DNA from: Octopus bimaculoides
Lineage: Eukaryota
Direction of reading: 5' to 3'
NCBI RefSeq assembly: GCF_001194135.2
Contig: NC_068993.1
Location: 36,289,551-36,353,550, forward strand
Length of the DNA stretch: 64,000 nucleotides
The notes beneath the pieces were generated by a model that did not search any database, was not told the DNA's origin, and saw nothing but the letters and a program-made list of their open reading frames with translations. The first letter of the stretch is position 1, and each line of letters begins with the position of its first letter. A program made the translations under genes and the position numbers. This document shows positions 12,719 through 25,371 of this stretch, piece after piece.

Positions 12719-13327
12719 TCTATATATATATAAATATATATATATATATAAATATTCGCTACGTTTTTGGTCCCCCTGAGTTTACTGATAGGACTTGCTT
12801 TCTATTTTTGTGTCTATCTATAAGCTTTTTATCTCTCCATAATTATTACTTACATTTCTTATATATTTTTTAATATTTTTTTATATTTTTACTGATAGGA
12901 CCTGCTGATGGAACTGAACTGATAGGTTTCTATATTGTGTCTATGTATAAGCTTTTCACTTTTTTTACTTGGATTTTATATTTTTATATATTTTTTATTA
13001 TTTTTATGTTTTTTTACATAATTATAGGGTTAATGTTTTTGTATTTTTTCCACGCATATTTTTCTGTTTTCTCCCCTCCACCCTAGTTTTTCCTGTACGC
13101 CTATAGACACGTACAAGGAACTTTATATGTGCGCGCTTGTGAGTGTGCGTGTGGATGCGTGCGTATGTAGATATATGCATGCGTATATAGAGATATGTGT
13201 GTGCGTATATGGATATATGCGTGCATGCGATAATATACGCAGTTTTAGACGCGTTTTGACCTTATCACTACACAGTAATTTCCCTTCGTTTTTAACGGTC
13301 ATTTTTCACAGGAATTTTCAATTGGCC

Positions 13328-13390
13328 TGATAACTGAAGAGATGTTGGCGTGGGCTCCCACCCTGGCATCCGAAACTCGGAGTTTTATCA
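13328..13390 (+). ncRNA. Type I hammerhead ribozyme motif with canonical core
   Basis: TGATAA-CTGAAGA-[GATGTTGG C GTGG GCTC CCAC C CTGGCATC]C-GAAA-CT CGG AG-TT-TTATCA. Stem I is 6 bp, stem II is long and stem III is minimal. The predicted cleavage triplet is GUU, cut after 13384. Confidence 0.75.
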
Positions 13391-13440
13391 TGGCTACTGA
13401 ATAAGTGTCACATATTTTTACAGATATATATAATTGCATC

Positions 13441-13665
13441 TAGGGAGAGTCATTCTCTTTTAGTGCCTAATTACTTAACACATCACCGGTTCGATTTCCA
13501 CTCATTTATTTATTATTTTTTCTAAAATTTTCGTTGCGTCTTGTAACCTCTTCAATAGTCGTTGATAAGTAATAAGGCACTGAAAGAAAATGAATCTCCC
13601 CAGACAATAAAATATGCTTCGACACTCTAATTCACATAAAGAATCTTGCAAACCAAATACAAAAA
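13441..13665. mobile_element. Foldback repeat family H, internally deleted copy
   Basis: 13441-13560 matches the left arm at 17480-17600. 13565-13665 matches the reverse complement of 17420-17510. Confidence 0.7.
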
Positions 13666-13669
13666 TGAA

Positions 13670-13720
<51 letters not shown>

Positions 13721-13959
13721 TACATAGGTCGTCCCATAGGACGCCCCTAGGGGTTTCGGTTGCGCAAACTATAGGAGTCACAGGCCACTGCACCATGTGG
13801 TCCTGCAGTTTCCATCTAACTAGGAATATTGACTCTCATCCATTGTCTTGTATTCAAAATCCTCTGCATGACATCCTGCTAGTTCAAAGCCAAGAATCTG
13901 ATCTATTAGGTCCTGCCTGCCGATAACTAAACCCACGCCCTGCTGCCGACGCTTCAATT

Positions 13960-14095
13960 TATTGTCGTTAAGGTTTTGTCTATCTCCTACCCTTCGACCT
14001 GTCTCGCCTGGTAAGACCTGCCTGAAGATTTCTCTCCCTTCAGCATAGTTCTCCGGGTCAATGGAGTACACAAGGCATTTCACCGCGACAAGGTA
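13960..14095 (-). mobile_element. RTE-type LINE 5' UTR-like fragment
   Basis: Minus strand ACCTTGTCGCGGTGAAATGCCTTGTGTACTCCATTGACCCGGAGAACTATGCTG...GACAGGTCGAAGGGTAGGAG resembles RTE/BovB-type 5' regions (recognition only). Confidence 0.35.
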
Positions 14096-14238
14096 CTTGT
14101 TGAATTGGCCGTTGACTACTCAGTAGTTCTTCCGCCCTTTGACGGGTCTTATTTTTCATCCCGCAGGGTGTCCAACAATCTACCTCCACCCTCTGCACCA
14201 AGCAAGCTTATATAGATATATATATATATGTATATACA

Positions 14239-14459
14239 CAGGGCAGGCCAAAAGTCAATCAAAATTCCATAAATATTATATGTAATTCTGTATGACTCGA
14301 ATGGGAAAATGTGTCGCTCAAGAAGGACTTCAGTTTGAATAATTTTCATGATGTTTCATATTTAGATGCTTTCATTAAATTCATTCAGTTGTTAAACATA
14401 AATAAATCTTGGACTTACATGGTTTTGCTTTACTATCAAGTGACTTTTGGCCAACCCTG
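14239..14459. mobile_element. Tc1/mariner-type MITE (about 220 bp)
   Basis: TIRs CAGGGCAGGCCAAAAGTCA and TGACTTTTGGCCAACCCTG (17/19 match), with TA after the right TIR. Confidence 0.75.
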
Positions 14460-14467
14460 TATATATA

Positions 14468-14550
14468 CGGTAAAAACCCATGTAATTTACGCACTTTTTT
14501 TGCAAAAACAAAAATAAAGTTTAGGGAGTGCATAAACTACATGGGTAGAT
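14468..14550 (+). mobile_element. Possible pogo-type 5' terminus with internal inverted repeat
   Basis: TA-CGGTAAAAACCCATGTAATTTACGCAC ... GTGCATAAACTACATGGGT. Confidence 0.35.
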
Positions 14551-14568
14551 CATTTCCAGAATTATTTT

Positions 14569-14602
<34 letters not shown>

Positions 14603-15189
14603 AAAAATGACGTACAAATGTAAACATTCGTACGGGAAGTTGACTCATTTAATGTCAGAATAAGTTTTTACAAAAAAGAAAATATAATGAAGTTGACTTT
14701 TATTTATGCTGGATGGTATAATTATAAAGTATAAATTTACTAAAACCATTAAACGGTTAACTACTGTGGAGATGAGTGAACCTCGTTTCATTTCCCACGC
14801 ACGACAATTACTTTTTGAAGTTTGACGTTCATACTGGTAATCACGGTCCGGGCCATATTTTACATTGCTTGGAGTCTCTACCTATCGCAATGGAGCCCAG
14901 CAATTTCCTTAGATAGATCAGTTTTTCTCCACTTAAGAAGTCTAGCTGGCGTTTGCCTCCAGGAAGCTATTGCTCGCTTTCTCCGCGTTAGGACAATGAA
15001 ATTCATCACCGCCGACACCACCAACGACAACATCATGATTCATCCTTGCGCGTATAAATTCACTAGGTGAATATGACCTAGCGTTCCTACAGAAACCTTC
15101 ATTTACCTTATAGGATGTTTAATGTTGTTTCACATTCATGTTGAATTATGCACCTAGTGGGTAGCGGTGGAACATAAACCGCTAACTAA

Positions 15190-15449
15190 CAGCCTAGATT
15201 ACCTTAAACATCGAATAACAACAGCGATCAACTCAGTGGATCATGATATGCTGATACGCGTTTGGGACGAATTCTCTTATCGCATTGATGCTGCCCGTGC
15301 TGCAGGTGGTGTCCACATTGAACACTCGTAAGACAGGAAATAAAAGTTGATTGTGAGTAAATACTTATGACTTCGCTGGAGTTTTCTATTACTTTTCCTT
15401 ATTAAAATATTGCCTAATGAAATCGGTTCATTCTTTTTGAATAACTCTG
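15190..15449 (+). mobile_element. Tc1/mariner transposase C-terminal relic plus right terminus
   Basis: 15197-15331 translates DYLKHRITTAINSVDHDMLIRVWDEFSYRIDAARAAGGVHIEHS*. The terminus is TTCATTCTTTTTGAATAACTCTG followed by TA. Confidence 0.75.
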
Positions 15450-16569
15450 TATATAAAAGGCATGAACTTTCTCTAATTAAATCATTGATGATGAAGCTCT
15501 CAAAAGAGATGAAAGCGGTTAAATAAATTTTTATCCAAAATCCTGACTGCCTCTTCTTCTTTAATATATAAAATCTGTGTACAACATCAATCTATGCATA
15601 TATATATATATATATATATATATANNNNNNNNNNNNNNNNNNNNNNNNNNNNNNNNNNNNNNNNNNNNNNNNNNNNNNNNNNNNNNNNNNNNNNNNNNNN
15701 NNNNNNNNNNNNNNNNNNNNNNNNNNNNNNNNNNNNNNNNNNNNNNNNNNNNNNNNNNNNNNNNNNNNNNNNNNNNNNNNNNNNNNNNNNNNNNNNNNNN
15801 NNNNNNNNNNNNNNNNNNNNNNNNNNNNNNNNNNNNNNNNNNNNNNNNNNNNNNNNNNNNNNNNNNNNNNNNNNNNNNNNNNNNNNNNNNNNNNNNNNNN
15901 NNNNNNNNNNNNNNNNNNNNNNNNNNNNNNNNNNNNNNNNNNNNNNNNNNNNNNNNNNNNNNNNNNNNNNNNNNNNNNNNNNNNNNNNNNNNNNNNNNNN
16001 NNNNNNNNNNNNNNNNNNNNNNNNNNNNNNNNNNNNNNNNNNNNNNNNNNNNNNNNNNNNNNNNNNNNNNNNNNNNNNNNNNNNNNNNNNNNNNNNNNNN
16101 NNNNNNNNNNNNNNNNNNNNNNNNNNNNNNNNNNNNNNNNNNNNNNNNNNNNNNNNNNNNNNNNNNNNNNNNNNNNNNNNNNNNNNNNNNNNNNNNNNNN
16201 NNNNNNNNNNNNNNNNNNNNNNNNNNNNNNNNNNNNNNNNNNNNNNNNNNNNNNNNNNNNNNNNNNNNNNNNNNNNNNNNNNNNNNNNNNNNNNNNNNNN
16301 NNNNNNNNNNNNNNNNNNNNNNNNNNNNNNNNNNNNNNNNNNNNNNNNNNNNNNNNNNNNNNNNNNNNNNNNNNNNNNNNNNNNNNNNNNNNNNNNNNNN
16401 NNNNNNNNNNNNNNNNNNNNNNNNNNNNNNNNNNNNNNNNNNNNNNNNNNNNNNNNNNNNNNNNNNNNNNNNNNNNNNNNNNNNNNNNNNNNNNNNNNNN
16501 NNNNNNNNAATAAGTCAATATCTGTTGACTAGTTGTTTAGTCAAAGAGTTGGATTCTTGTGAAAACATG

Positions 16570-16985
16570 ATAAATATTGATTTCAAATTTTGGCACAAGG
16601 CCAGCAGTTTCAGGAGAGGAATAAGTTGATTACATTGACCCCGAAAGGGTGAAAGACAAAGTCGACCACGGCGGAATTTGAACTCAGAACGCGTGTTGAA
16701 AACCGTTAAGCGTTTTGCCCGGCATTCTAACGATTTTGCCAGCTCGCCGCCTTATGTCTAATAAATATTCTTTTCTACTCTAGGTACAAGGCCCGAAATT
16801 TTGGGGGAGGGGCCAGTCGATTAGATCGACCCCAGCGCGCAACTGGTACTTAATTTATCGATCCCGAAGGGTGAAAGGCAAAGTTGACCTCGGTGGAGTT
16901 TGAACTCAGAACGTAAAGACAAACGAAATATATATAACTAAGCATTTCGCCCGGCGCACTAACGTTTCTGCCAGCTCGCCGCCTT
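16570..16985 (-). mobile_element. Two tandem family C SINEs
   Basis: Both end on the plus strand in GCCAGCTCGCCGCCTTATGTCT (reverse complement of the SINE head). Confidence 0.8.
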
Positions 16986-17399
16986 ATGTCTGATAAAGAT
17001 TGATTGAAAAATGATCAGTGCCTGATAGAAAAACGTCAAAATTTAACGATGGAGAAGTGCAAGTGTAAGAGTTAGGTAGCTACCGTTTTTGACAATAACA
17101 AGCGGTAACGTTTGTAGTTTTAATGTCGTTGATCACGTGTCTATCATAGTCACCGAAGTAGCCGGAACAAAGGGCACACTTATAGTACGCTATTAAACAT
17201 GTTGATTTGTGTCATAACTACATGAAATACGAAAGACTTGTAAGAACAGTAACAATTACAATGGTCTCATATGCCTAACTATATACATATTCTACATTAT
17301 GTTATGCATTTATCGAGTGGAAAAGTTGTATAAAGCAACCATGTCCATATTTGTAAATCGGATTTTAGATCATAATAAATGCATATTGTTGTTTAGTGA

Positions 17400-17760
17400 G
17401 AAGTAAATTTTAAACGTTTTGGATTTGGTTTGCAAGATTCTTAATGTAAGTTCGTGTGTTGAAGCATATTCTGTTGTGTCGGGGGAGAGTCATTCTCTTT
17501 TAGTGTGTTATTATTAAACACACTCACCGGTAAAGTTGTCACTCATTTACTTGTTTATTTTTTTCTAAAATTTTCGTTGCCTCTTGCAACCTTTTCAATA
17601 GTTGTTGACCCTGTCCGTTATCCCGGATAGAGGTTGCAAGACGCAATTTTAGAAAATTTTAGAAAAAGATAAATAAGTAAATGAGCGGAAATTTTACCGG
17701 TGAGTGTGTTAAATTATAAGGCACTAAAAGAGAATGACTCTCTCCAGACACAACAGAATG
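17400..17760. mobile_element. Foldback repeat family H (inverted arms about 17468-17592 and 17631-17759)
   Basis: The arms are reverse complements at roughly 85% identity by eye, with a spacer of about 38 nt. Confidence 0.85.
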
Positions 17761-18145
17761 AATTTTAAACGTGAAAAGAGAATTGACCTTATAATAATTA
17801 ATAACCTACATGAAATTAATATTTCATAAATCCAAAATATAATAAAGATAACATTGTGAAGTTTGTAATTTAACATACCATGGATTAAACAAGTTAATAC
17901 TTTCATTATAAATTGAGATTAAACTAAATTTTCTCGCTTATCGGCTGACAAAATACAAACCTGCATTTTATTAGGCTAACATTGATTATAATTATTCCGC
18001 ATACACACACACACACACATACACACACACACACATACACACACACACATGCGCATACATACATACATACATACATACATGTATATATGCATATATATTT
18101 ATATATATATATGCTATACATACATGTAAATACATATGCACACAC

Positions 18146-18185
<40 letters not shown>

Positions 18186-18195
18186 NNNNNNNNNN

Positions 18196-18238
<43 letters not shown>

Positions 18239-18414
18239 AGTTAGGGAATAAGAATTTGAGATCCAAGCAGGTACTTTATGAGCACCATGATACAATCCAG
18301 ATCTGGCTAACCACTTGGAATGACAGGGAACATTCAGAGTCGTTTCAATCTCTCTCTCTCTCTGTTTCTGCTTATCTGTCTCCCTCTCCCTTTCTCTCTC
18401 TCTCTCTCTCATGA

Positions 18415-18605
18415 TAGATCGCTAACCACTACACATTCTTTATTTTCTCTCCTTGTTTCTTTCTGTGTTCCTTTCTGTGGAAGGGCGTAGGCTCGAAACG
18501 TTAAAGACTTTTTTACTTCCCGACCGTTAAACTAATACATCTGTTTGTTGTTGTTGTCTACACCACCTGTCTTCGTCTTTTGCATTTTGGTGAATTCTCC
18601 CTATA
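18415..18605 (+). mobile_element. Penelope-like terminal repeat fragment (family F)
   Basis: CTTTCTGTGGAAGGGCGTAGGCTCGAAACGTTAAAGAC...CACCACCTGTCTTCGTCTTTTG. Multi-copy, with a hammerhead-like core. The PLE assignment is inferred. Confidence 0.55.
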
Positions 18606-18837
18606 TATANNNNNNNNNNNNNNNNNNNNNNNNNNNNNNNNNNNNNNNNNNNNNNNNNNNNNNNNNNNNNNNNNNNNNNNNNNNNNNNNNNNNNNNNNNN
18701 NNNNNNNNNNNNNNNNNNNNNNNNNNNNNNNNNNNNNNNNNNNNNNNNNNNNNNNNNNNNNNNNNNNNNNNNNTATGTGTGTCACCCTGTATGTATGTAT
18801 GTATGTATGTATGTATGTATGTATGCATGTATGTGTG

Positions 18838-18875
<38 letters not shown>

Positions 18876-19150
18876 CCTGTCATCGCCACAGATGGAGGAA
18901 GCAGGTTATGGAGAGGATCAACACTTTTGAGAGAGCACGTATCCAGCATGAAGAATTTAAGCGAGCTGCGCGAAAGTGCACGGCTCGTATAGTGAATGGG
19001 GAAAGCTTAATCTGCAATGTTTGCAGTCGTGCATGCTTATCAAGAGCAGGGCTCCTTAGCCACCAACGGAGCCGTAAATGCAAAATGTAAGTTAGTACTA
19101 GAACGCAGAATGTTCCTGAAGGTCGGCAATGGTCTTCCTCGGTCACGAGT
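18876..19150 (+). mobile_element. RTE-clade LINE ORF2 C-terminus and 3' UTR (5'-truncated)
   Basis: RHRWRKQVMERINTFERARIQHEEFKRAARK...CNVCSRACLSRAGLLSHQR* matches the RTE terminal motif WR...FE..R...KR..RK and the C2H2-like finger. Confidence 0.85.
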
Positions 19151-20214
19151 GGACGGCCATCATATATATATATATATATATATAGTACAAGCATACGAAG
19201 TAGCTAGGGATACAATGTAAAGATGTGTACATTTATTTTAACACTCCCCCTGCGCAATCGAACGTTGCATTCGTTGCGGTACTATGTTGCGGAGAAAATG
19301 TTATCTCTATTAGGTTTGTGTATCTAAATATATCAAGCTGAATTCCAGATGACATTAGAAGAATAACTTAATAAAATGTCTTGGGTTAATTTTGTTTCTT
19401 CAGTAGCATCACGGTCATTTGGATCTAGGTCGCAACATTGTATGTATGTATGTACGTATGTATGTGTGTATGTATGCGCGCGTGCGTGTTTTCCTGAAGT
19501 ATTGAAGCCAGAGATTATAATAAAATATAATAAAAGGATTATAATTGTAACATTTGGAGAGCTGCAATAAACATTATTTGAAGAGCCACTTCATCTGATA
19601 GCAACATTAGATCAGTATTACATGCTTACCACTTAGGTCTTGTGTGACTATCAATTTTGACTGGTTCATAATAATAATACTAAAAATAATTCTTTCTTTT
19701 TAGGACACAGGGGCTGAATAACGACGACGACGATGATGATGATGATGATGATTTTTCCTGTTTAGTCAAAGGGTTGAAGTCTTAGGACAACTTTAAACAA
19801 ACATTGTTGCTAAAATTAAACGCTAGTCGACTTACTTGACTATTTCTCCCAATAAAACTGTGTTCCAAGACCAGTCTTTTCCTTTTTCTGGTTTTTTCAA
19901 ATATTTAGTTAACGAATACGTGCATTTGGAAGAGGGTGTTAACGATTTCTAAATACAAATTTCATCTTATGGGTTCATGACAGATTCATTATATTGTGTG
20001 TTTGGATTTCTATAAGAAACTACATTGATGCAAGCAAAGCTTCCCATTCCAGAAATTGGTTTAAAATTGACGTTAAGTACAAACATTTTAAAACTTTCTT
20101 CTCCATCTACATAACTTGAAGGAGATTTTGGGATCATTGTGCCCAAAGTCTTGCGTATATGAGCTCCAGAATTAATTCGCTTCTCTCTCACTATCTTATC
20201 TCGACTTTCAAAAT

Positions 20215-20370
20215 CTATGGTTGTGTGATAAGAAGTTTTCTTCCCAACCATATTGTTTCGGGTTCAGTCTCACTGTGTGGCACCTTGGGCAAGTGTTTTC
20301 TGTTATAGACACGAGCCGACCAAAGCCTTGAGAGAGAATTTGGTAGACGGAAACTGAAAGAAGCCCGTCA
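20215..20370 (+). mobile_element. SINE family A
   Basis: GGGTTCAGTCTCACTGTGTGGCACCTTGGGCAAG...GGTAGACGGAAACTGAAAGAAGCCCGTC. Confidence 0.8.
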
Positions 20371-20668
20371 TATATATACACACATATAAGCATGTATATA
20401 TATATATNNNNNNNNNNNNNNNNNNNNNNNNNNNNNNNNNNNNNNNNNNNNNNNNNNNNNNNNNNNNNNNNNNNNNNNNNNNNNNNNNNNNNNNNNNNNN
20501 NNNNNNNNNNNNNNNNNNNNNNNNNNNNNNNNNNNNNNNNNNNNNNNNNNNNNNNNNNNNNNNNNNNNNNNNNNNNNNNNNNNNNNNNNNNNNNNNNNNN
20601 NNNNNNNNNNNNNNNNNNNNNNNNNNNNNNNNNNNNNNNNNNNNNNNNNNNNNNNNNNNNNNNNNNNN

Positions 20669-20714
<46 letters not shown>

Positions 20715-22699
20715 TATATATATGTATGTATGTATGTAAGTATGTATGTATGTATGTACGTATGTATGTATGTATGTATGTATGTATGAGTGCGTGTATG
20801 TGTGTGTGTATCTATTTGTGCATGCCTGTTTGTGTTTGTCCACTACAACCACCTGACAACCGATAGAATAAGTACCTGGCCTTAAATTTAAGTACTGGGG
20901 TCGATTCGTTCGACTAAAACCCTTCAAGGCGGTGCTCCAACATGACCGCAGTCCAATGACTGAAACAAATTCATTGTAAAAGAGGAAAAAAGAGCATAAT
21001 CGTGGACTACATCTTCGAAAACGTATCTCACCAAAATTTCCCAAAAGTATACTTATTATTAAAACAGTTACGAGTCATTCGATGGAATGAACACTAAACT
21101 GCAGTTATGTCACCAACAGACCATTAGAAGTTCCTTGCATTACTCTACGTTTTGAATGGCAACTGCCCATGTTCCTTCAATTCGTTATAAGACATGTCAG
21201 TTAACCAGTAAACCGGACGTTTGTATACCTGTTGTAGAGATGTTTTACTTCTCCACTTAGAATAATGAAACACTGCATTGATATTAGATAGAGAATACGT
21301 AAAAATATTTTCTCTGTTGAAACAAAGGATTATCTGTGCCAGTTACTGCTTGACAAAGTGAGACTGTTACGCCAAAAGCAAAATTGATCCATTAAAACAA
21401 CCCTGCAACTGCGTTGACTGAACAGCATTCAGGTGCCATTTGGTCTATTGCACACAAGCTGAACATATTCAAAACACGTAACAAATGTGATCATATGAAT
21501 TATTATTGTCTTGTATGAATGGGGTAAATGCCAAAAAACAAAAACGAGAGAAAAAGAAAAAAGCCAGCTTCTCGAAATTGGAGTTGAAATAGAAGCTATG
21601 AGCTAGATTATACGTAACTGGAGCTAAATGTATAAAGAAAAGCGCTAGATTTAGCTCTCAAAGAGCTAACTTGATAACACTGCTATTTATGCCAGCAATA
21701 CATCACATTAGATACTGGCTTTCCAATATAAATACATAAGAGTTGTTGAAAGACTCACTGAAGATTTCGTCATCCAAGAATTTGTGAAATGATTCTGGTT
21801 AAGGCAGACTTTCTTCACTCTGTATATATCGTAGTATATAAACCAATGAAATATTCATAAATTCTATAGAGTTTTTATTTCTTGTAGCAGCGATAAATTT
21901 GACTTACCTAGCGATATTTAAGGATACAGTTAAATTGAACCAGCGAGGGAGCCTCCACATAGTAGTTTGGTTTACTAAAAATAGCAGCCAGATTAATTCA
22001 AATCGGACTCTATAGTTTTAAAAAATAAACGGACATGTGATACAATGTAGATCTATACGTACGAAAAAACGGGATGATTACGGCCGGAACATCTTAGGTC
22101 ATAGGTCAATTCGATCAGGACTAATTTCGGGCTAAACAACAACAACAGGGGCATAAACAAATCACAGTGAGAGTACCTATATGCATTCAAATTCCCGCAA
22201 GAAATAACAGCCAAATGTCCCTTAAATTATACACTACCATCTTTAAAAAAAAAGGGAAAGACACAATGGGTGTTATCTGCGTAGCTGCGCTGTCCCTAGG
22301 AAAATAAGGGGATGTCCATGACTGCAACACATTTGATTATGGGGCTGCTCGATCAGGACTGACCTAGAGTTAAACAGTAACAACGATAATGATGTCCATG
22401 GCCACAACGAATGATACAAAGCAGTTCTAATTACACTCCTTTCTTCGGAGTTGTTATGGGTTACAAGCTATATCGTAGCTCGATTTAACACCCATACCTG
22501 GTCCTCGGGTATCTTTGGTCTCTAGTGTGGATGTATGCATGCATGTATGTATGTGTGTATGTATGTATGTATGTATGTACGTATGTATGTATGTATGTGT
22601 GTATGTATGTATGTATGTGTGTATGTATGTGCAGATTTGTATGTTTTATGTATGTATTCTCATGCATATAGTTATATATCTAGATATACTCATAAATAT

Positions 22700-23820
22700 T
22701 TAAATGATAAACTTCTAGAAAGTTTTACGGATTTTTGCAGTTCCAGTGGTGGATCAGATCTGTAGTCTTCGAATTAGCTTTCTCCTTTCTGGTTTTGAGA
22801 AGCCTAATTTCTCAAGATTGGTATTTAGGCAGTGTGTTACATATCCCAGGGCCCCAGTAATTACAGGTATAACCTGAATTTGTAATCTGGATAGAGTAAC
22901 TGCAGATTTCTCAATAGTTCAGCATAGGTATTCTCTTTTTCACTGATCTTCAACTTTATGTTAACATCCGCTGGGCAGCTAATTTCCACAACTGTGCACA
23001 GTTACTCTTCTCCATCCCAAATCATCATATCAGGTCTGTTGTGCTTACATTTTATTAAGGTCTTCACTGGTACATTTCACCAGTATTCCTTTTTATTATG
23101 AGTGGCTATGGCTTCTACCATATTGTGGGTTCTTATTTCTTTGTCCTCGGGATTATCCTTCCGACGGATTTCATTATAGAGTGCCCTAGCTACAACGTCC
23201 TGTCTCATCAGTAGATAATACCGTGATGACATTTTCAGACAACTGCTTATGATGTGGGTGATATCTTAAGTGTGAACTCCACAAAGTCTGCATCGGTTGT
23301 CACACTTTACGGCTTTACCTGCATCTCTATCTCTTTTGTGCATCAGATATTTGGTTTATATTTCCTGTTCCTGAATTGCAAACGCATATCCTTCAAAGTG
23401 TGAGGTAATAATCTGACTATTGGTCCATGATAAATTGCTTTGATGATCGATGTTACTATCATCACTGAGTTTTCTACTAACATATCCATGCATAGTCTTC
23501 TGCTCATATAGGCTCATCCTTTCATCTGATGATATGTTGCAGTAGAGTCGTGCGACTTCTTTGGGCATGTATTCGAGGTTATCAGACAAAGAGTGTTGCT
23601 CAAGGAGCTACCTTCCAAGTCTTATGATGTTATCAGCTTCATGTATGCAAACTTGGTCAAGGGATGCACTTCGACACTTGGTGGCTAAAAGATGTTGCTG
23701 AAGGGATATGATGCGACATTCAAAGGCATTTTGGATCGATGTTAAGCCTCTGCCGCCTTGTTTTCGTTTTAGGTAATGACGGTCTTCGACTCTTTCGTCG
23801 CTTCGATGAAAAACAGTTCA
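22700..23820 (-). mobile_element. R4/Dong-clade non-LTR retrotransposon ORF 3' part with restriction-like endonuclease, 5'-truncated and degenerate
   Basis: Minus strand gives YLKRKQGGRGLTSI, EGYAFAIQEQEI, CRLC...ITHIISSC (CCHC), EYWWNVPVKT, HNRPD..IWD, VVEISCPADVN...EKENTY (PD-(D/E)xK REL) and TTGTAKIRKT. Several stops and frameshifts. Followed by an (ACAT)n tail. Confidence 0.85.
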
Positions 23821-25371
23821 GCATGAGACAGCAATCAATCGTCATCCTATGACTGCCTGTATGTAGGGTCAAAGCTGTAGACTTCCAATAGCATCCTCTG
23901 CCTGACCCCGTTCACGTTATCCCTATCTCCACTAGGCTTATAACGAAAGTGTGATTGTGTTGGTGCTGGTGTCTTGGTTTGCAGAACAACCGGCGCGATA
24001 AACATTATTACAGCAGGCATGGTTTGTACAGAGCCAGTCATCATCATTCAAACTTACATTAGTCTGGTGCAACAACTGCCACAAGCCCTGTAGTCAAGCA
24101 GGATTTGAATAGAGTTACCTCCTCTTGGATGAGCAGGTAAGGTGCTGAAGGACCGCGTCTGTCCCGAATACGTTGCGGTGTCTTTGAGCGACTTCCTTCC
24201 GGAAGCAATTCTGTGACATTAACCCAAAGCTGGGACCGAGGTAGATGCTATTAGTCCGGGTCAAAGGAAACCTGGGAGCAATAGTGACTAAGAAGTGGCT
24301 CCACACTTTTCAAAATCCAAGAATTTCCAACCCAGGACTTCACTACAGGATACAGTGTAAAGGCATACGCATGACATGTATGTATGTATGTATGAATGTA
24401 GCTATGTATGTATATATGTATCTATGTGTGTGTGTGTGTGTGTGTGGTGGGCTGCATGTATATATACATGTATGTATGAGTATAATATATATGTATCCAT
24501 ATATATATATATATATATACATATACATGTGTGTGTATGTACGTATGTATGTATATATGTATGTAGGTATGTATGTATGTATCGACGCAAAACGTGACTT
24601 TAATATTGATTTATAGAAGAATGTTCCTTTCCTCGACGGAAGCCAAAACTCATAAATCTGATATTAATCTTATGCAAATAAGATTACAATTAAAAGATTA
24701 ACGTTAATGTATTTTAGTACCAAATCCATAAATATTTAGATATAGGTTTTATTTATTACTGGACATTTAACAAAGAGTAGTTTGAATCCACTACCGAGAA
24801 CCAGCACGAAGTTTAAATAAAATCGATGCAAGAAATGCTGAAAGTACGTTGGTTTTTAGACAATTCAGACACTATTCTATGTTCAGCTATTTTCACAACG
24901 ATTCTGTCATTCTGACTGTATTGATTATCTGTTCCTTCTTTAGATTAATCTATTTCCTCTATCTTCCATCATTTGTAGCTATTTTAAACACACTCATTAA
25001 TTTTTAAAACTGGATTTCAATTACTGTCGTGAGGTAAGGTGCGTCGTATCTAAAGCTATCTCCTCTCAATTCATAGTTTTTTTTTTGTTTGTTTGTTTTT
25101 TGCATTTTTGTTATAAAATGGTGAATGGATATATCATTTAGCTATTCTTTAACTGATTATTTTTGTGCGTATTTATTAATTTATTTATAACATTTTGCAT
25201 TCTTCGATATTTCATAATTTAATGAGTACAAGACAATGGTAGTTTCGAGACTAACAGCAAACAACTAAGGACACGAGAACTTCTTTCTAGTTATCGATTC
25301 TTTTGAATCTGTGTCAGGACAGAAACTCTATTTAAATGCTTAAGACAGTTCCGTATTGGAACTGAACCAAA

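Noticed and set aside
19967-20251. 94-aa minus-strand ORF
   Set aside because: It starts inside a SINE and has no recognisable motif or convincing splice boundaries.
23830-24360. GC-richer block next to the Dong relic
   Set aside because: Probably repeat-derived, but I could not assign a family or frame.
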